From Eledone cirrhosa (taxonomy: Eukaryota), in assembly GCA_964016885.1 (NCBI GenBank), contig OZ024741.1, forward strand, positions 236,406,001 through 236,470,000: 64,000 nucleotides of DNA, given 5' to 3'. The stretch's first letter is position 1, and every line of letters begins with the position of its first letter. This document shows positions 1 to 13,839 of the stretch, one piece after another. The position numbers and the translations under genes were made by a program. Under the pieces are notes generated by a model. The model saw nothing but the letters and a program-made list of their open reading frames with translations, had not been told where the DNA came from and did no database searches.

Positions 1-713
1 GTCATACTTACTCGACTTCCTTCTTCGTTTCCTTTTTTTAACTAATCTCTTTCACTCTTTCTTGCCTTCATATCCACTTCTCCCCCCTTCCCCGTACACA
101 TCTTTATTTCTTCCTATGTTTCTTGCTTTCCTTCCAATTTCCCTAAATTTCGTTTCCGACAAGGTGTAGAATGACGGTAGTATTGATGATGGATACTGTT
201 GCTGCCGTTGTTGTTGCTGTAGTTATTGTTTTTAGCCTCAGGTAGGGGTCGATTAAGCTTGCGTGTGGCCCTTCCGTATTATTTATAGTAGCAAAAGAAA
301 AAAAATAATAATTTGGGTCCCTTTAGATATTGTAAGACTCCTTGTTGCAGCCTAGTCAGCCCCCAACTATCACCACCAACCCACCACTTGGCCATGGTGA
401 TCCCTGATCCCAAAGATCTATGATAAAAAAAACTGTGACCATCCCATTTCACTTTTAGACAGTATAGCTACACTACATTATCTAATGTTTGTAATGTAAA
501 AACTCCAACAGACGTTCCAGATATGACAATCCTGCATATTTTCCAGTCTTTGTGTGTCTTGGTCTGCATTATCTAATGTTGGTGCTAATGTGGAATAACC
601 CAAGGCCAACCTTGATTCAGCAGACCAAGGCGTTCCACCCATGACCAGCTTTCTCCTTTCCACAAATTAATGGCCTTGTGCCTAAATTAGAAATCATCAT
701 TATTATTATTATT

Positions 714-744
714 AGTAGTGGTGGTGGTAGTAGTAGTGGTGGTG

Positions 745-785
<41 letters not shown>

Positions 786-823
786 GGTGGTAGTGGTAGT
801 AGTAGTAGTAGTAGTAGTAGTAG
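714..823. repeat. (GGT)n/(AGT)n compound trinucleotide microsatellite
   Basis: Direct reading; further degenerate GGT/GAT repeats continue to about 1900. Confidence 0.9.
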
Positions 824-2191
824 TCAGAAAGTGTATTTACAGCTATATTACCCAATTGTCCATCGCATTTTAAGACAGTTGGGTATGATTCGAGGGAGAT
901 TTGGCTGCTATTTGTAGCAGATTGAGAGTGCACGTAGAGACTTTTGTTTGTTCGTTCATGCTACCGGTGGTGATGGGAATGGTTGTGGTGGCTTAACAAG
1001 GTTGAGGTGATGGTGGTTTGTAGTGGCGTTAATGGTGGAGATAACGTGGCTGTACTAATGGTGGTGATGCTGCTGGTGGTAATGATGTTTTTTATGGTGG
1101 AATAACATAGTTGTGGTTGCGGTGATAGTTGATGGTGGTGGTGAATGTGGTGGGATAACTAAGATGTTAAGGTGGTGGCGATGATGGGACACCACCGTCA
1201 TATTGGTGATAGATCGGTAATAGAGCTAGTGATGTTGTTTAGACCCAGGTCAGCCCTGATACAACATAATTGTGATCAAATGCCCTACAGCTATTGACCA
1301 TTCGGACTCGTGTAAGTCTTCTTGTTTAAGCAGTTGGTCGTGATTTAAAGTCGAAGGATTACGTAGAGAGTTTGATGATGGACATTGTGATGATAATGAC
1401 GATGATGATGGTAGTGGTAACGGTATAATTGATGGAGTGGCGGGAGCGGCTGTTGCATGAAGTGAGCGACGGCGGAAGAGGTAATGATCATAATGGTGAT
1501 GGTGGTGGTGGTGGCGGAAGCGACGGTAGCAATGATAGTGGGTTGGATGGTGGTGGCGATGACTAGAAATGATAATTTATTAGACTACATGGAAGCGGTG
1601 CAAATGCCCCGTTATAAAAAACATCCGCCTTCACAGCAGCTTGTACATAAAATAAATAAATAAAAACTCCAGATCCATTCAGTTGCTACTGCTGCTGTTG
1701 TTGGTATGGTTGTTGCGCCTATAGCCCCACCACCACTATCACTACAACCATCATCATCACAATCACCACCGCCAATAATAACACCAACAGCAGCACGACC
1801 ACTATCACAACCAAAACCTCCACCAGCGTCACCACCACCATCCCAACCATTGCCACCGCCACTCTCCTCCACCATCTCACCACTGCTTCATTGATATATT
1901 ATTACATAACTTTAAATTGGGGTTAATTATTTCAATACCCAACTACACCTACCCTTCCCTAACCATAAACACTATCAACAAACACATACTTACATACTGT
2001 GTGATGTCGTATGTGTCTGGGGCTTTTTTGTTGCTGATGGTGGAGCTGGGACAGGGTGGCGATGGCGCTGCTTAATAAACCACTTGCGAAGACGCCCCTA
2101 CCGACATTTTTTCCATTTTTCCTTATTTTTTTACGTATATATTTATACCCTTTTTTTACATGTATAAATTATATGTATGTATGTATATAAG

Positions 2192-2250
<59 letters not shown>

Positions 2251-2462
2251 AATTATATTTGATATCAATTACATATCAAAGAGAATATCTATATCTATCT
2301 ATCTATATATATATATATGTGTGTGTGTGTGTGCATATTACACACACACATGTCTATATATATTCATATTTGGGGTGTTTTGAACTTATATTTTTTCTAT
2401 CGAAATGCCGTCAGTTACAATCAAGATTTGATTTCCGATACATACACATGCATACATATCTA

Positions 2463-2559
<97 letters not shown>

Positions 2560-2779
2560 GTGTGTGTGTGTATTTACATATATATATATGTGAATATATA
2601 TATAGATGTAAAATATATATAATATATGTGTGTGCCATTGGCAGTGCTAATGTACATATATACATATGCATGTACTTATAAGTATATGTATGTACGTGTC
2701 GTAGTACATATATACTACCAATGTATACAGACACGCTATGTGTATATGTATGTATGCATTTATTTATTTTCTGCTCATG

Positions 2780-3142
2780 TTCTCTCTCTGCCTTTGAAGC
2801 CCGAATGTGGTGCGAGCAGGAGTATCCGGCCGTCTAGTGCTGCTGGTGTGAGCGTAGCTTGGCTTTATGTCAGTTTAGTAAGCTGCCTCCCTCTGCTGAA
2901 TATGTTGGCGACATGGAGAAACGGTGCTAGACACTTTGTGACGACCAAAAAAATGTCCTATTGCCTGGCCTCCGTGCAGGCTCTTTTACTCGCTGGCACC
3001 ACAAATACCTGGGTGGTCTTCTGGTTGTTGTTATTACTATTATTATCATTATCATCATCATCATCGTCTTGGTCGTCGTCGTCGTCGTCGTTGCCATCGT
3101 CAGAATGGTGAAACTGTTGTTGCTCCTATTCTTCTTTCAAAG
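2780..3142 (+). promoter_or_regulatory. Candidate promoter/non-coding first exon of the zinc-finger gene
   Basis: Island of unique, relatively CpG-rich sequence ending in a good donor AAAG|GTATGT (3142/3143). It could splice to a strong acceptor TTTTCTATTTCTTCCAG|G at 12467/12468 upstream of the ZF ORF. No transcript evidence. Confidence 0.3.
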
Positions 3143-3516
3143 GTATGTATATTGTTTGTATGTAACCACTTTCTCGCGGAGGAAAGGGAAAGAGACAGAC
3201 TAACACAGAGAAAGGGAGAGAGCGAGAGAGAGTTTGTGTGTGTGTTTGAAAGAGATGAAGAAAATGAAATAGATATAGAGATAGAAGGGAAAGATTCAAA
3301 ATGAGTGTGTGTATGGGGTGGGTGGGGGGTGATATACAGATGACTTACGTGTGTGTGGGACAGTGATAAAGAGTGAGAGACAGATAGACAGGAAGAGGCA
3401 AGGAGAGAGGAAGATAAAGGGAAGGAAGGAAAAGGGGAAGAAGAGAGAATAAAAAGAAAAAATATTTATTCGTCTCTGTATATATATATAATAGATCAAC
3501 ATATGTATATAGAATG

Positions 3517-3554
<38 letters not shown>

Positions 3555-4107
3555 GTGGTGTACGTGTAGTTTAATTGTATTTATTTATCATGCATTATAA
3601 CGTAAATACATGTACGTAAGTATACGCACGCACACACACATATATATATATATATATATACACACACAGTATATATATATATATATATATACCAGTATAT
3701 ATAAGGCTATCTGTGTAAAATGTTGAAATCAGCAGTTGCGAGCAGTTGGACTAATGAAAAACCACTTCTAGAGTTGATGAGATCCAAAGGTCCGGTCTCA
3801 AATGTTTTTTTTTTTCAATCTCCATAACTGTTTATAAATATATATAATATATACACTTTCATGGCTTTCACATTTTCTAAAAACATTCCAACAGCTTATA
3901 CATACATACCTACATACATACATACGCGTATACATACATTTGTATGCATGTGTATGAGTGTGTATGTGTATACATACACATACATATTTACATGCATACA
4001 TGTGTATACACACGTATATATGTGTGTGTGTGTGTGTGTGTGTATTCCTTCATTTTTTCACACATCTATCTTATATATTAACATATATTCTTTTAAAATA
4101 TATCTAT

Positions 4108-4208
<101 letters not shown>

Positions 4209-4684
4209 TATATGAAGTGCATATATTCTTCTTTTGGACATATGTGTGTAGCTATAAGTTATTTTTGGAAGGAAAAAACGCCTTGATGCAATGCCCTCCT
4301 CCCCCCATACACACACACTTTCACACACATACAGGTGTGTGTATATATATTTATATATTTAAAGCTGGATAGATAGATAGTTATATTGAGAATGATAGTT
4401 ACATAGGGAATGAAAGAGCTCTATATACATATACACACACTTACAGATCCACATAGTTATTTGTATCCCAGACATAATACATACATATACTGATGTATGT
4501 TCATTGAAACAAGTATCTTCTAAAGGACACTTACTAAAATAACGTTCGAATTGTATACATGTCTATATGCCTGCGTCTATGTGTGTATATATGTATATCT
4601 GTATAAGTTTTGTATGTGTATCCATGAATATATATATTTGTATGTAGATGTGTATATATATATATATGTGTGTGTATGTGTGTG

Positions 4685-4735
<51 letters not shown>

Positions 4736-4755
4736 ATATATATAAATATAAATAA

Positions 4756-4799
<44 letters not shown>

Positions 4800-4830
4800 T
4801 ATATATATAAATTTAGCGAGAATCGCATTT

Positions 4831-4891
<61 letters not shown>

Positions 4892-4929
4892 CAGTTTAAC
4901 GGCTGATTAACTGTACTATTAGCGTGACT

Positions 4930-4964
<35 letters not shown>

Positions 4965-5636
4965 CACACGTGTGTCTGTTCAATTTGATTTGAAAGAAAA
5001 TGTATAGCTTTGCAAAATGCATGTGTAAATCCACACCTCCGTATGCTTGTGAATAGTATATGTATGTATATACATTTTTAAATGTATATATGCGTATATC
5101 CACGTACGCTTGTGTGTGTGTGTGTTTATCGGTGTGCATACCCTTAAATGTATACACGCGTACACATATACAACATACAGATGTAATTACAAATACACAA
5201 ACACGTACATATTCACCATCCGTACACATGCAGCGATATGTATATTATCCATGTTGATATGTAGCTTTGCACCCCCACCCCTCCCATACACATACCGTAA
5301 AAATCATATCCACACCCACTGATATATGTAGTGGATATGCAAATATACACGTTATATATACTGATTGATATAAGCACATGTACACCTTCATACATTTATA
5401 AGATATATATCCTGAATAGGTACTGGATATAATATCAATCCCCTCCCCCACACACACACTCATCATCATCACACACATCATCATCATCATCATATGTATC
5501 ATCTTTTTGGTTCCGTTTTAGATAATGATATTGATGTATTGATGTATGTGTAATCCAATTTTATACCTATAGACATATATGTTTTGGAATATCCTTATCA
5601 TATATATATATATATACCTCTGTTTGTATACATATA

Positions 5637-5929
5637 TATTATTTATGTTCATACATGGAACAACAAAGCTCTAGCTCAAGTTTCAAGGTCCAGTTATGGC
5701 CATCTCCCCAGACTGAGTACGGGGTTCTTTTCAGACTCATCCCAGTGCCTGATCGCTTCTCTACTCTTTCTGCATCAACATGCACAGTCTGGGGAGATGG
5801 CCATAACTGGACCTTGAAACATAAGGTAGCACTTTCTTGTTCTGTGTATGAACATAAATAATATATCAGCTCTCTTACACTAACTAGATCGAGCACTGTT
5901 TTCCTTTTTTCATCCACTGATAGTTTTTG

Positions 5930-5930
<1 letters not shown>
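5637..5930 (+). mobile_element. Short fold-back insert in (TA)n/(CA)n with hammerhead-like remnants
   Basis: Perfect 36-bp inverted repeat 5680-5715/5785-5820 plus outer imperfect arms. The tail at 5865-5930 resembles 9655-9720. Confidence 0.6.
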
Positions 5931-5970
<40 letters not shown>

Positions 5971-6609
5971 TATACAAAAAAAAAATTCATATAAACATGT
6001 TCATTCATCTCTGTTCAAATATCAACACCTGCTCATATACAGAGACACCCATGCATACGCATACACATACATGCACTCAAAAAACTAATATAATTTTGCC
6101 TAATGACCCGGCCCCTGCGTAGTTACTCGACCTGTTAAAAGTAGTACCCAAATTACCCTTAAATTACTCTAGATTTAGAAATGTAGTTCCCTATTTACAG
6201 TAAGACGTGCTGGTCTACGCTGCAGCGCGTTTGGACATAGGTGCTGGATCAGGGCTAACCTTGGGTTAAACAACAAACATTCAGTCATTGAGAGAGAAAC
6301 GTCTAAACACATACGCGCGCGCACACACACACACACTTCCCTTGAGTCAACTTCTACGTGGTCAATCTATCTTCTAGAACAAGCAGCAAAATCCTTTTTT
6401 TAAAACTAAAATGAAAGAAAAATATGTCCTAGGTATATAAAATAACGAGAGGGTCATGGTTGCAAAGCTATATCGTATATGCACTACATATACATAACAT
6501 CTGGATGCACATCCTGTCCCTTTACTCACCACCCATACTGTACATATGTATGTATCTATACATTTATGTATATACATACACATTAACAAGTAAAAAAGTC
6601 AATGAATGC

Positions 6610-6790
6610 TCCGCTCCGTCTGTTTCGACGACGAGTATTCCAGTTGTTGTATCAACTAAACTGGTTATTCATTGAATCATAGTATAAGTGGGTGAGTGTT
6701 CTAAATACGTGTATCCTTAATGTAATCCCCGGACAAAAGCGGTGTGACATAATATGTGACAATGCTGGTCATTTGAATTGCAAGGACAGT
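6610..6790 (+). repeat. Diverged interspersed repeat (SINE-like), homologous to 7715-7871
   Basis: Shared motifs gtttcgacga.gag..ttcca ... acgtgta.c.ttaa.gtaat.c.cgg ... gtgaca..tatgtgacaa.gctg. Confidence 0.55.
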
Positions 6791-6904
6791 CCATTACGGT
6801 TAACAGCCAGATGAAATTCATAAAAAATATCACAAAATATTCATAAATTAGCGGATTGTGTTATAAAGTAGCCGAAAGCGAACATTTTGTTAGTAAAATA
6901 GACT

Positions 6905-7060
6905 ATACCCTATATAATCATGTATAAGTCGCATCTCTATTTACAATGTACTATATTTTGAATTCGTGTTTTTGTATTTCGGTAGATAAGTCGCAAGCTG
7001 TTTAGAGTCGTTTTTTTTCCGTGAAAAATAGGTGCGACTTATACACACGTATATACAGTG
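6905..7060. mobile_element. Tc1/pogo(Tigger)-like MITE remnant
   Basis: Terminal inverted repeats ..tatataatcatgtataagtcgcatct / aggtgcgacttatacacacgtatatacagt, plus an internal repeat of ataagtcgca. Resembles the TATAAGTCGCA-containing TIRs of pogo-like elements. Confidence 0.55.
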
Positions 7061-7714
7061 TGTGTAAACGTATTTTTAAGAAGCATTGAACGAATTATGA
7101 AGTTAATGTCCCACAGGCTATCTGTCACGTTTTTCCAACACTAGTGCCATATATGCCCAACTTGTTCGACTATTTTCATAATCAAAAACCTGCGTTAAAA
7201 CAGTTAACTTTAAGCTTAAAACTTCGAAATTCTCACACACACAAGAAGATTGCGCGAAGGTTATTTCTAATTTACTTTTTTGGGGTAATCTGAGATGATG
7301 GTCAATAAGATTCTTGAATTTAAAAATCAAAATTCTGTACCTGCCAGTGGTCCTAACGGTACTGTGCAAAGGTGGCGTTATCTGTTATTTGTAGCCCAAA
7401 CTGACAAACCTGTTAACATTCATTCTGAAGGATTGCGTCCAATCGAGGCTAAGGTAAGACACCTACACAAAATGGGATCGAACCAAGGATTGACATACTT
7501 CTTAACCACTCGGCTATGTTTGTACCGTTAACGTGTATAATACAAATGACTTACGTGTGCCTGTTTCAGTGTGTGGGACAGTGATAAATACATATCGTCA
7601 CCAGTACTTATTTTTTCAATTCTGATACTTATTTTATCGGTCTCTTATTGTCGAATTGATAAAACACAGGATATAAAGAATATAAATACAAATACACAAT
7701 CACATTGTTGCTGG

Positions 7715-7871
7715 GCTTTCGTCGGTTTCGACGATGAGCGTTCCATTTCGAACAGAACAGCCTTCCCGTGAAATTAACGTGTAAATAGCTGAACATTCCA
7801 CAAAGACGTGTACCTTTAACGTAATTCTCGGGGAGATTCAGCGTGACACAGTATGTGACAAGGCTGACCTT
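7715..7871 (+). repeat. Interspersed repeat (SINE-like), truncated by the adjacent palindrome
   Basis: Similar to 6610-6790; similarity stops at the start of the inverted repeat at 7872. Confidence 0.55.
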
Positions 7872-8189
7872 GTTGGAGACTGTTGCTTCTGACAGGAGCC
7901 GCTGGAAGGAGTGTTTGAGGACTCTGCCCCTACAACCTTTTCAAGAATAAGTGGGCAAAGAAGAAGAATCTCCACTGTGACTCTTTGCTGACATTTACTC
8001 ATCGCTCAAATCCAAGTTCAACAGAGAAGTGTGATGGCATTGAACATGGATTTAAGTGATGAGTAAATGTCAGCAAAGAGTCACAGTGGAGATTCTTCTT
8101 CTTTGCCCACTTACTCTTGAAAAGGTTGTAGGGGCAGAGTCCTCAAACACTCTCTCCAGCGGCTCCTGTCACAAGCAACAGTCTCCAAC
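7872..8189. repeat. Long near-perfect palindrome (about 150-bp arms, 18-nt spacer)
   Basis: 7872-8021 is the reverse complement of 8040-8189 with a handful of mismatches. Confidence 0.92.
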
Positions 8190-8760
8190 TGATCCGGATG
8201 GATCCCCAAGTGAGACTAGCCAAGCTCATGGAGATTATCCAACCATCTTGCTGAAGGGAGAAAGAGAGTGATAGGATGGTAGGGTGGGGAGATGGACAGT
8301 GGTAGCTACATTCAGGTGTGGCACCAGAAATGACTGCACAGGTGGGAGTGGGGATACTCATAGCTCCCAGCTGTCAGAATGTGTTATGGATTGGATCCCA
8401 TTAGGAGAGAGGATTTACCTCTTGAAGCTTAGGTAGAAAGATAGGTTTCTGTGAGTGGTGCAAGTTTATGCACCAAACAAGTTGTCTGAATACAGATCCT
8501 GATGGGAGACTTCAATGCACAGGTTAGCACTACCACCTGTATGGAAAGGAATGATTGGCAGCAATGGCAACCCCATCTAAATACGAATGGAGAGGCCTTA
8601 CTAGACTTCTGTTCTAGCAATGGACTCTTTGTTCTGTGTGTGAATCTGTCCCTGATTCCCCTTATACATGGCATAAGGGGAATCAGGGACAGAGATCAAT
8701 AATTGATTTTGTTATTGTTTCTGATCTCTTTGATTCTGACTGTGGAGATTGGTAGATATG
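8190..8760 (+). mobile_element. Decayed LINE AP-endonuclease fragment
   Basis: Frameshifted translation gives HSGVAPEMTAQVGVGILIAP, DWIPLGERIYLLKL, MGDFNAQV, NTNGEALLDFCSSNGL and IDFVIVS (APE motifs of RTE/CR1-like LINEs). Confidence 0.75.
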
Positions 8761-9380
8761 AAAATAGATAACTATAGAGAGAGAGGGAAAGCCAGTATGA
8801 TCCCACACTTAGTAACCCCACCCTTCTTATACTCCTGAATTCTCACTTTCTTGTCCAACCATGCCAGGATGGAAAGACAGGCAAAGACCTCACAAAGTAC
8901 TGCCAGACATCTCTCACTCTCCTTAAGGTCACCTTTCCCTCCAGTCCCCTCATTTGGCTTGGCAGGCAACATATAGTCTAACCTCCTCACTCTTATCACT
9001 ACCTTCCCAACTGAAGACATAAGTGTCCTAGTGTTGAAAAGTGGTAGTGCTGATGCTACAATAAAATGAACCCAGTGAGAGTACTGATGTCATGATAAAA
9101 TGCACACAACCTTTGCTGTAAAGTAGTAGAGCTAGAGCCATGATAAAAATCACCCTGTCATACGGTACCACGATAAAATTCACCCTGTACATGCTGAAGG
9201 GAGTTGACATTCAGAATGGCATCCAGCTGTAGAAACCATACCATAATGGCATGTATGAATGAGACACTGTAGTTTGACCTGTCTAGCCTCAGAATGTGTT
9301 AACCCATTTAACCCTATGTAAGCAATGGAAAATAAACATAAAAGGACAATGGTGATTATAATATATAAATATATATATAT

Positions 9381-9545
9381 AACGAAGGAGTTGTGGTATG
9401 GAACCAGATGGACCATAACGCACCAAAGTACTCAATACTTAGGGTAGTAAAGTGGGTAATAGGATAAAGTTTAACCCCGACGGCAGAGCTCAAGCCATTT
9501 CAACGGCTATTTCTAGACTCTGAGTTCAGAAATAGCCGTCGAAAC
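9381..9545 (-). mobile_element. Short (TA)n-associated element with hairpin; same family as 55710-55915
   Basis: Colinear high similarity to 55710-55877; ends in hairpin tttcaacggctatttctagac/ttcagaaatagccgtcgaaac. Confidence 0.75.
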
Positions 9546-9744
9546 ACGGGGTAAAGCGGACGTAAAATGATGATGATGCTGATGATGATATATATAGTAT
9601 AAACAAAGTTTCATACACTTATTATGTAAGTGTATGAAACTTTGTTTACACTAAATAAGCTCTCTTCCAACGGATCGAGTACTGTTTTCCTTAATCTTTC
9701 ATCTACAGATTTCTACCAACCTATACACACACACATACACACAC

Positions 9745-9804
<60 letters not shown>

Positions 9805-10217
9805 GATATATATCTTGCTTACCATACTTCTCCTTACCATCATCCTATGTCCACCCCTATAGAGTAGAGAAGGCTTTTCAGTTGAGTTAATGACTGACAA
9901 CCTCTCTAGTACTGTGCCACAACAAATATAGCCAGAGTACCCTGTAAGGTGGTTGGTGATAGGAAGGCCATCCAGCTTTAGAGATCATGCCGAAAAGGAC
10001 CAAGAAGACTTCCTCAGTTTTGTCAAAGACATGACAATCTCTCTAATGTGTATGCTATGATAAAATGTATCCTGTTGTATACAGGAATGTATTTAAGTGA
10101 GACATGGCAACTGATCCATCTGAGAGGTTAGTGGCTTTAATTAAATAGTGATTTGGTCTTTGATAACTTGTCCAAACCTCTCTGACAGGAAAAATGGATG
10201 ATAAACGATGATGATTG

Positions 10218-10405
10218 CGGTGGATTGGCAGTATCGGTAGAGGGTCGGACGCCATGCTTTGCAGCACAGTTACATTCCTTTACGGACTGAGTTCAAATCC
10301 CGCCGAGGTTAACTTTGCCTTTCATCCTTACAGGGTTGATAAAATAAAGTGCCAGTAATACACTGGAATAATTGCTGGCCTTGTGCCAAAAGTAGAAACA
10401 ATTAT
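10218..10405 (+). mobile_element. tRNA-derived SINE family 1 (full copy)
   Basis: ggtggattggcagtatcggtagagg...gagttcaaatcccgccgagg (B-box-like)...ggccttgtgccaaaagtagaaacaattat. Near-identical copies elsewhere in the window. Confidence 0.8.
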
Positions 10406-12097
10406 ATATATATATGCACACACACGCATACACACATGTACATACATACAGACAGACAGACATATAATTTGTTATATACTCTTAGCTTCAGTAATATGGC
10501 ACATCCACTCTGTGTCACCTGTCTTGTATCATCTCTGTTGTGTAATCTGTAATTCCAAACCACTGACACAATCAGGCTCATGCAAAGCTGGTAATAGTCT
10601 GAATCTAGTTGTAAAATGTAGTCCTGATTTCAAATTATTCATTAAGTATTTTAGTAATCAGTGTTAAATATATATGATTTATGTATGAATTGCAGCAGAG
10701 AAGGGCAACATCAGATATGGCTCATCATATGACAGGCTACACTACTAAAAAGATTCAATGTAATTTTTCATTAGGTGTGCCATTCAGAAGGGCAAAAGGG
10801 TCACATGCAGACCACAGTCCTCAGTTGGCCCACAACTGGGTTACAGTTATATACATGTACATGATGTACTTACAAGTAACTAAACAAAATGAAAGAGCTA
10901 GAACTTGGAGTGGGTAAGCCCCCTCAAAATCGTAGGCCCTTCCCAACTTGTCCAACTTGTCTCTTTTGATTTGGCCTGTCCACAACATCCCTTTCTTGTA
11001 TCATGTAGTTTCTGGCCTCTGTGACAAGTGGCATCTTCCTTGTATCACCTCTCTTTTCTCATCTTTCTTGTATCATGTAGTTTCTAGTCTATGTGGCACA
11101 ATATGACACAATACATCTACCTTGTGTCACACAGATTTAGTCAGTGACAAGACTTTTCTCTTGTGTTACACATTCCTAAACTATGTTTGTATTACCCGTA
11201 GCTCCTAGTAGAGCCATGGGGCCCCCTCAGTGACATGTAACATTTCATGGATATTTTAAAAACCTAGCAGAGCCTATCTCCTCTTCAGGTTTGAAAACAG
11301 CCCATTTCTCCCATTGAAAGAGAGGGGAGTGATATAGAGTAAGAATTGACCCCAGCACTGGACTGGTACTTTTTTTTATCAACTTCAAAAGGGTGAAAGG
11401 CAAAGTTGACCTCTGTGGGATTTGAACTCAGAGCGCAGTCAAAACAAATACTGCAAAACATTCTAATGACTGCTATTTCTCTGCCTCATATCCTATATGA
11501 TCCTCTATATAACAAGACTCTACTTCATTTTGTGTTGAGTACCCTTTAACAGAGTTTTGAATAAAGGTGGGAAAGTTTTGGCAAAGTTGCCTCAAAATAG
11601 ATTTCATTTGAAGAAGATGCAGTTTGACTGCTCCTGCCAAGATCAACCTATGGTTTTTGTATATCTAAAACTACATTGTCAATATACTCATTTTTTAACC
11701 CATTTATAACTGTATTTTTAATGAAATACTTTGTACTTTTAATGAATTAAAGAAAAATTTACTAAAATTATAATTTCGATATGATAGTATTTATAACATA
11801 ACAAAATTTTCTTATATAAAATTATGTTGGAAGATTTTAATGCAAGTAGGAATCCTATAAAATAGGTAGTTTTGTTTCATGGAAACAGGCAGTTTTGGGC
11901 AAGTTGGTATAAAAAACGGTTAAATCTGAGGGAATTTGGCTGATATTTCTAGCAGATCAAACAACCACATAGTGGTTTCTTCATTAATTCATGATGCAGT
12001 GTGGTTTCCACCTTTATTCAGCAGTGTACTTTCATCCAAAACTTTCTGAGAGAGTTCAGAACACTTGGATGAATATAGAATGATAATATAGTATAAG

Positions 12098-12288
12098 ATA
12101 ATTGTTTCTACTTTTGGCACAAGGCCAGCAATTATCCCAGTGTATTACTGGTACTTTATTTTATCGACCCTGTAAGGATGAAAGGCAAAGTTAACCTCGG
12201 CGGGATTTGAACTCAGATCATAAAGGACCATAACTCTTTGCTGCAAAGCATGGCGTCCGACCCTCTACCGATACTGCCAATCCACCAC
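12098..12288 (-). mobile_element. tRNA-derived SINE family 1 (full copy)
   Basis: Reverse complement of the 10218 copy. More diverged copies at about 11345-11480, 20340-20470, 20570-20820, 22500-22625, 33105-33265, 50990-51110, 54395-54530 and 59120-59240. Confidence 0.8.
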
Positions 12289-12931
12289 CCTTAGTATAAG
12301 ATAATGTAATGTAAACAGAATGATAACTGAAGATCAACTGAGGTGTGTGTGTATGTTTATGGGAACCTGTATATATATGTGTGTGTGTGTGTATGGCAGT
12401 GTTTACATTTTGAAAGCCACAGTTTGTTATTTGACACCCTTTAACATTGATTTTCTATTTCTTCCAGGAGAATCTGAAGAAAAAGAAGAAATATTTCAAG
12501 TTGAAGGAAAAAAGCTGCCCCAGAAAGCAAAGAGGAAAAAAATAAACAAGACAAAATATAACAATGTATCTCTCCGAGCAGAATGCTGGAATATTGCATT
12601 TGATTGGCTAGTCACAGTACAATGCAACATTTGATTGGCTAATTTCAGTATCACACAGCATTTGATATTGTTGAACATAGGAAAATAACATTTGATTGGC
12701 TGGTTACAGTAATAATATTAATATCTAATTTTTCATTAGCTAACCTGAGAAAAAAATAATGACATTAGTTTAAAAGAAGAATCATATTTTTTATAATCCA
12801 ATTAGATTCAAGAGGCTTTTACTAAAAGTACAAAAAAAAACCCTTAAATTTCTCTACAGATATCTACATTTTATATATATATACACATATATATACATAT
12901 ATATAATATATATATATATAATATAATATAT

Positions 12932-12968
<37 letters not shown>

Positions 12969-13839
12969 CATGTATAAGTCACGAAAAATGAAGAATGGTT
13001 GACCAAAATACTTTGTATCTGAAGAAATGGAGATTCTTTCAATTCTCTTTCTTTAAAAGACCTTGAAGTTTGTTTGAGGGCAATGCCAGCCACAAGCTAT
13101 TTCTACATGCATGCATATGCACCTGTTTGTGATAGCTGTCATCTCTAGACACACCACATGAAGTGTTGTGTCTGCTGCTGTGGAACAACTGTAGAAGTTT
13201 GATTTGTAAAAGACGAAATGTCACCATAAATAAAAGGCATTTGTGAAACAATCTACCAGGTGTGCTCTGGTTGGAACTAACTGGTTCAAACCAGTTTGAT
13301 AGTTTTTTTTCATGAAGTCTATACAACACACCAACAGATCATACGTTAAAACATTCAGAAGAAATATTTATTCTTGAATGAAACATTCTGGAATAATCTA
13401 AAAGAATATATAACTGTGGAAATGATGTAAAATCCAAATTAGATGCTTTATTTTATTTATACATACATACATACTTATCTGTCTTATATACATATGTGTT
13501 GTCGAAGTGTATATATTTAGAAAACAAAATATGTTGATTTTGAGAGAATTTTTACATTTTATGGAATGTGACTTTGTTGAAGAAATTCTCTGGAAAAATT
13601 TTATTTTCAATATATCTTAATATCTTAATCAATTCTCTGGTTGTGTCGATTTTTGAAAAGAGAATCAAAGAAAAACAAAATAGAAAGAAAGAACAAGAAC
13701 AATTTTTCAAAACAATATGTAAAAAAAAGCCCAACTATATAAAATTAAGGAAACAAACAAATGAAATAATAATAACAAGGGAACTTTGCTTGTAGAAGAA
13801 CCATTCCTTGAAGGTTGTTCTTTCCACATCAGAATTACA

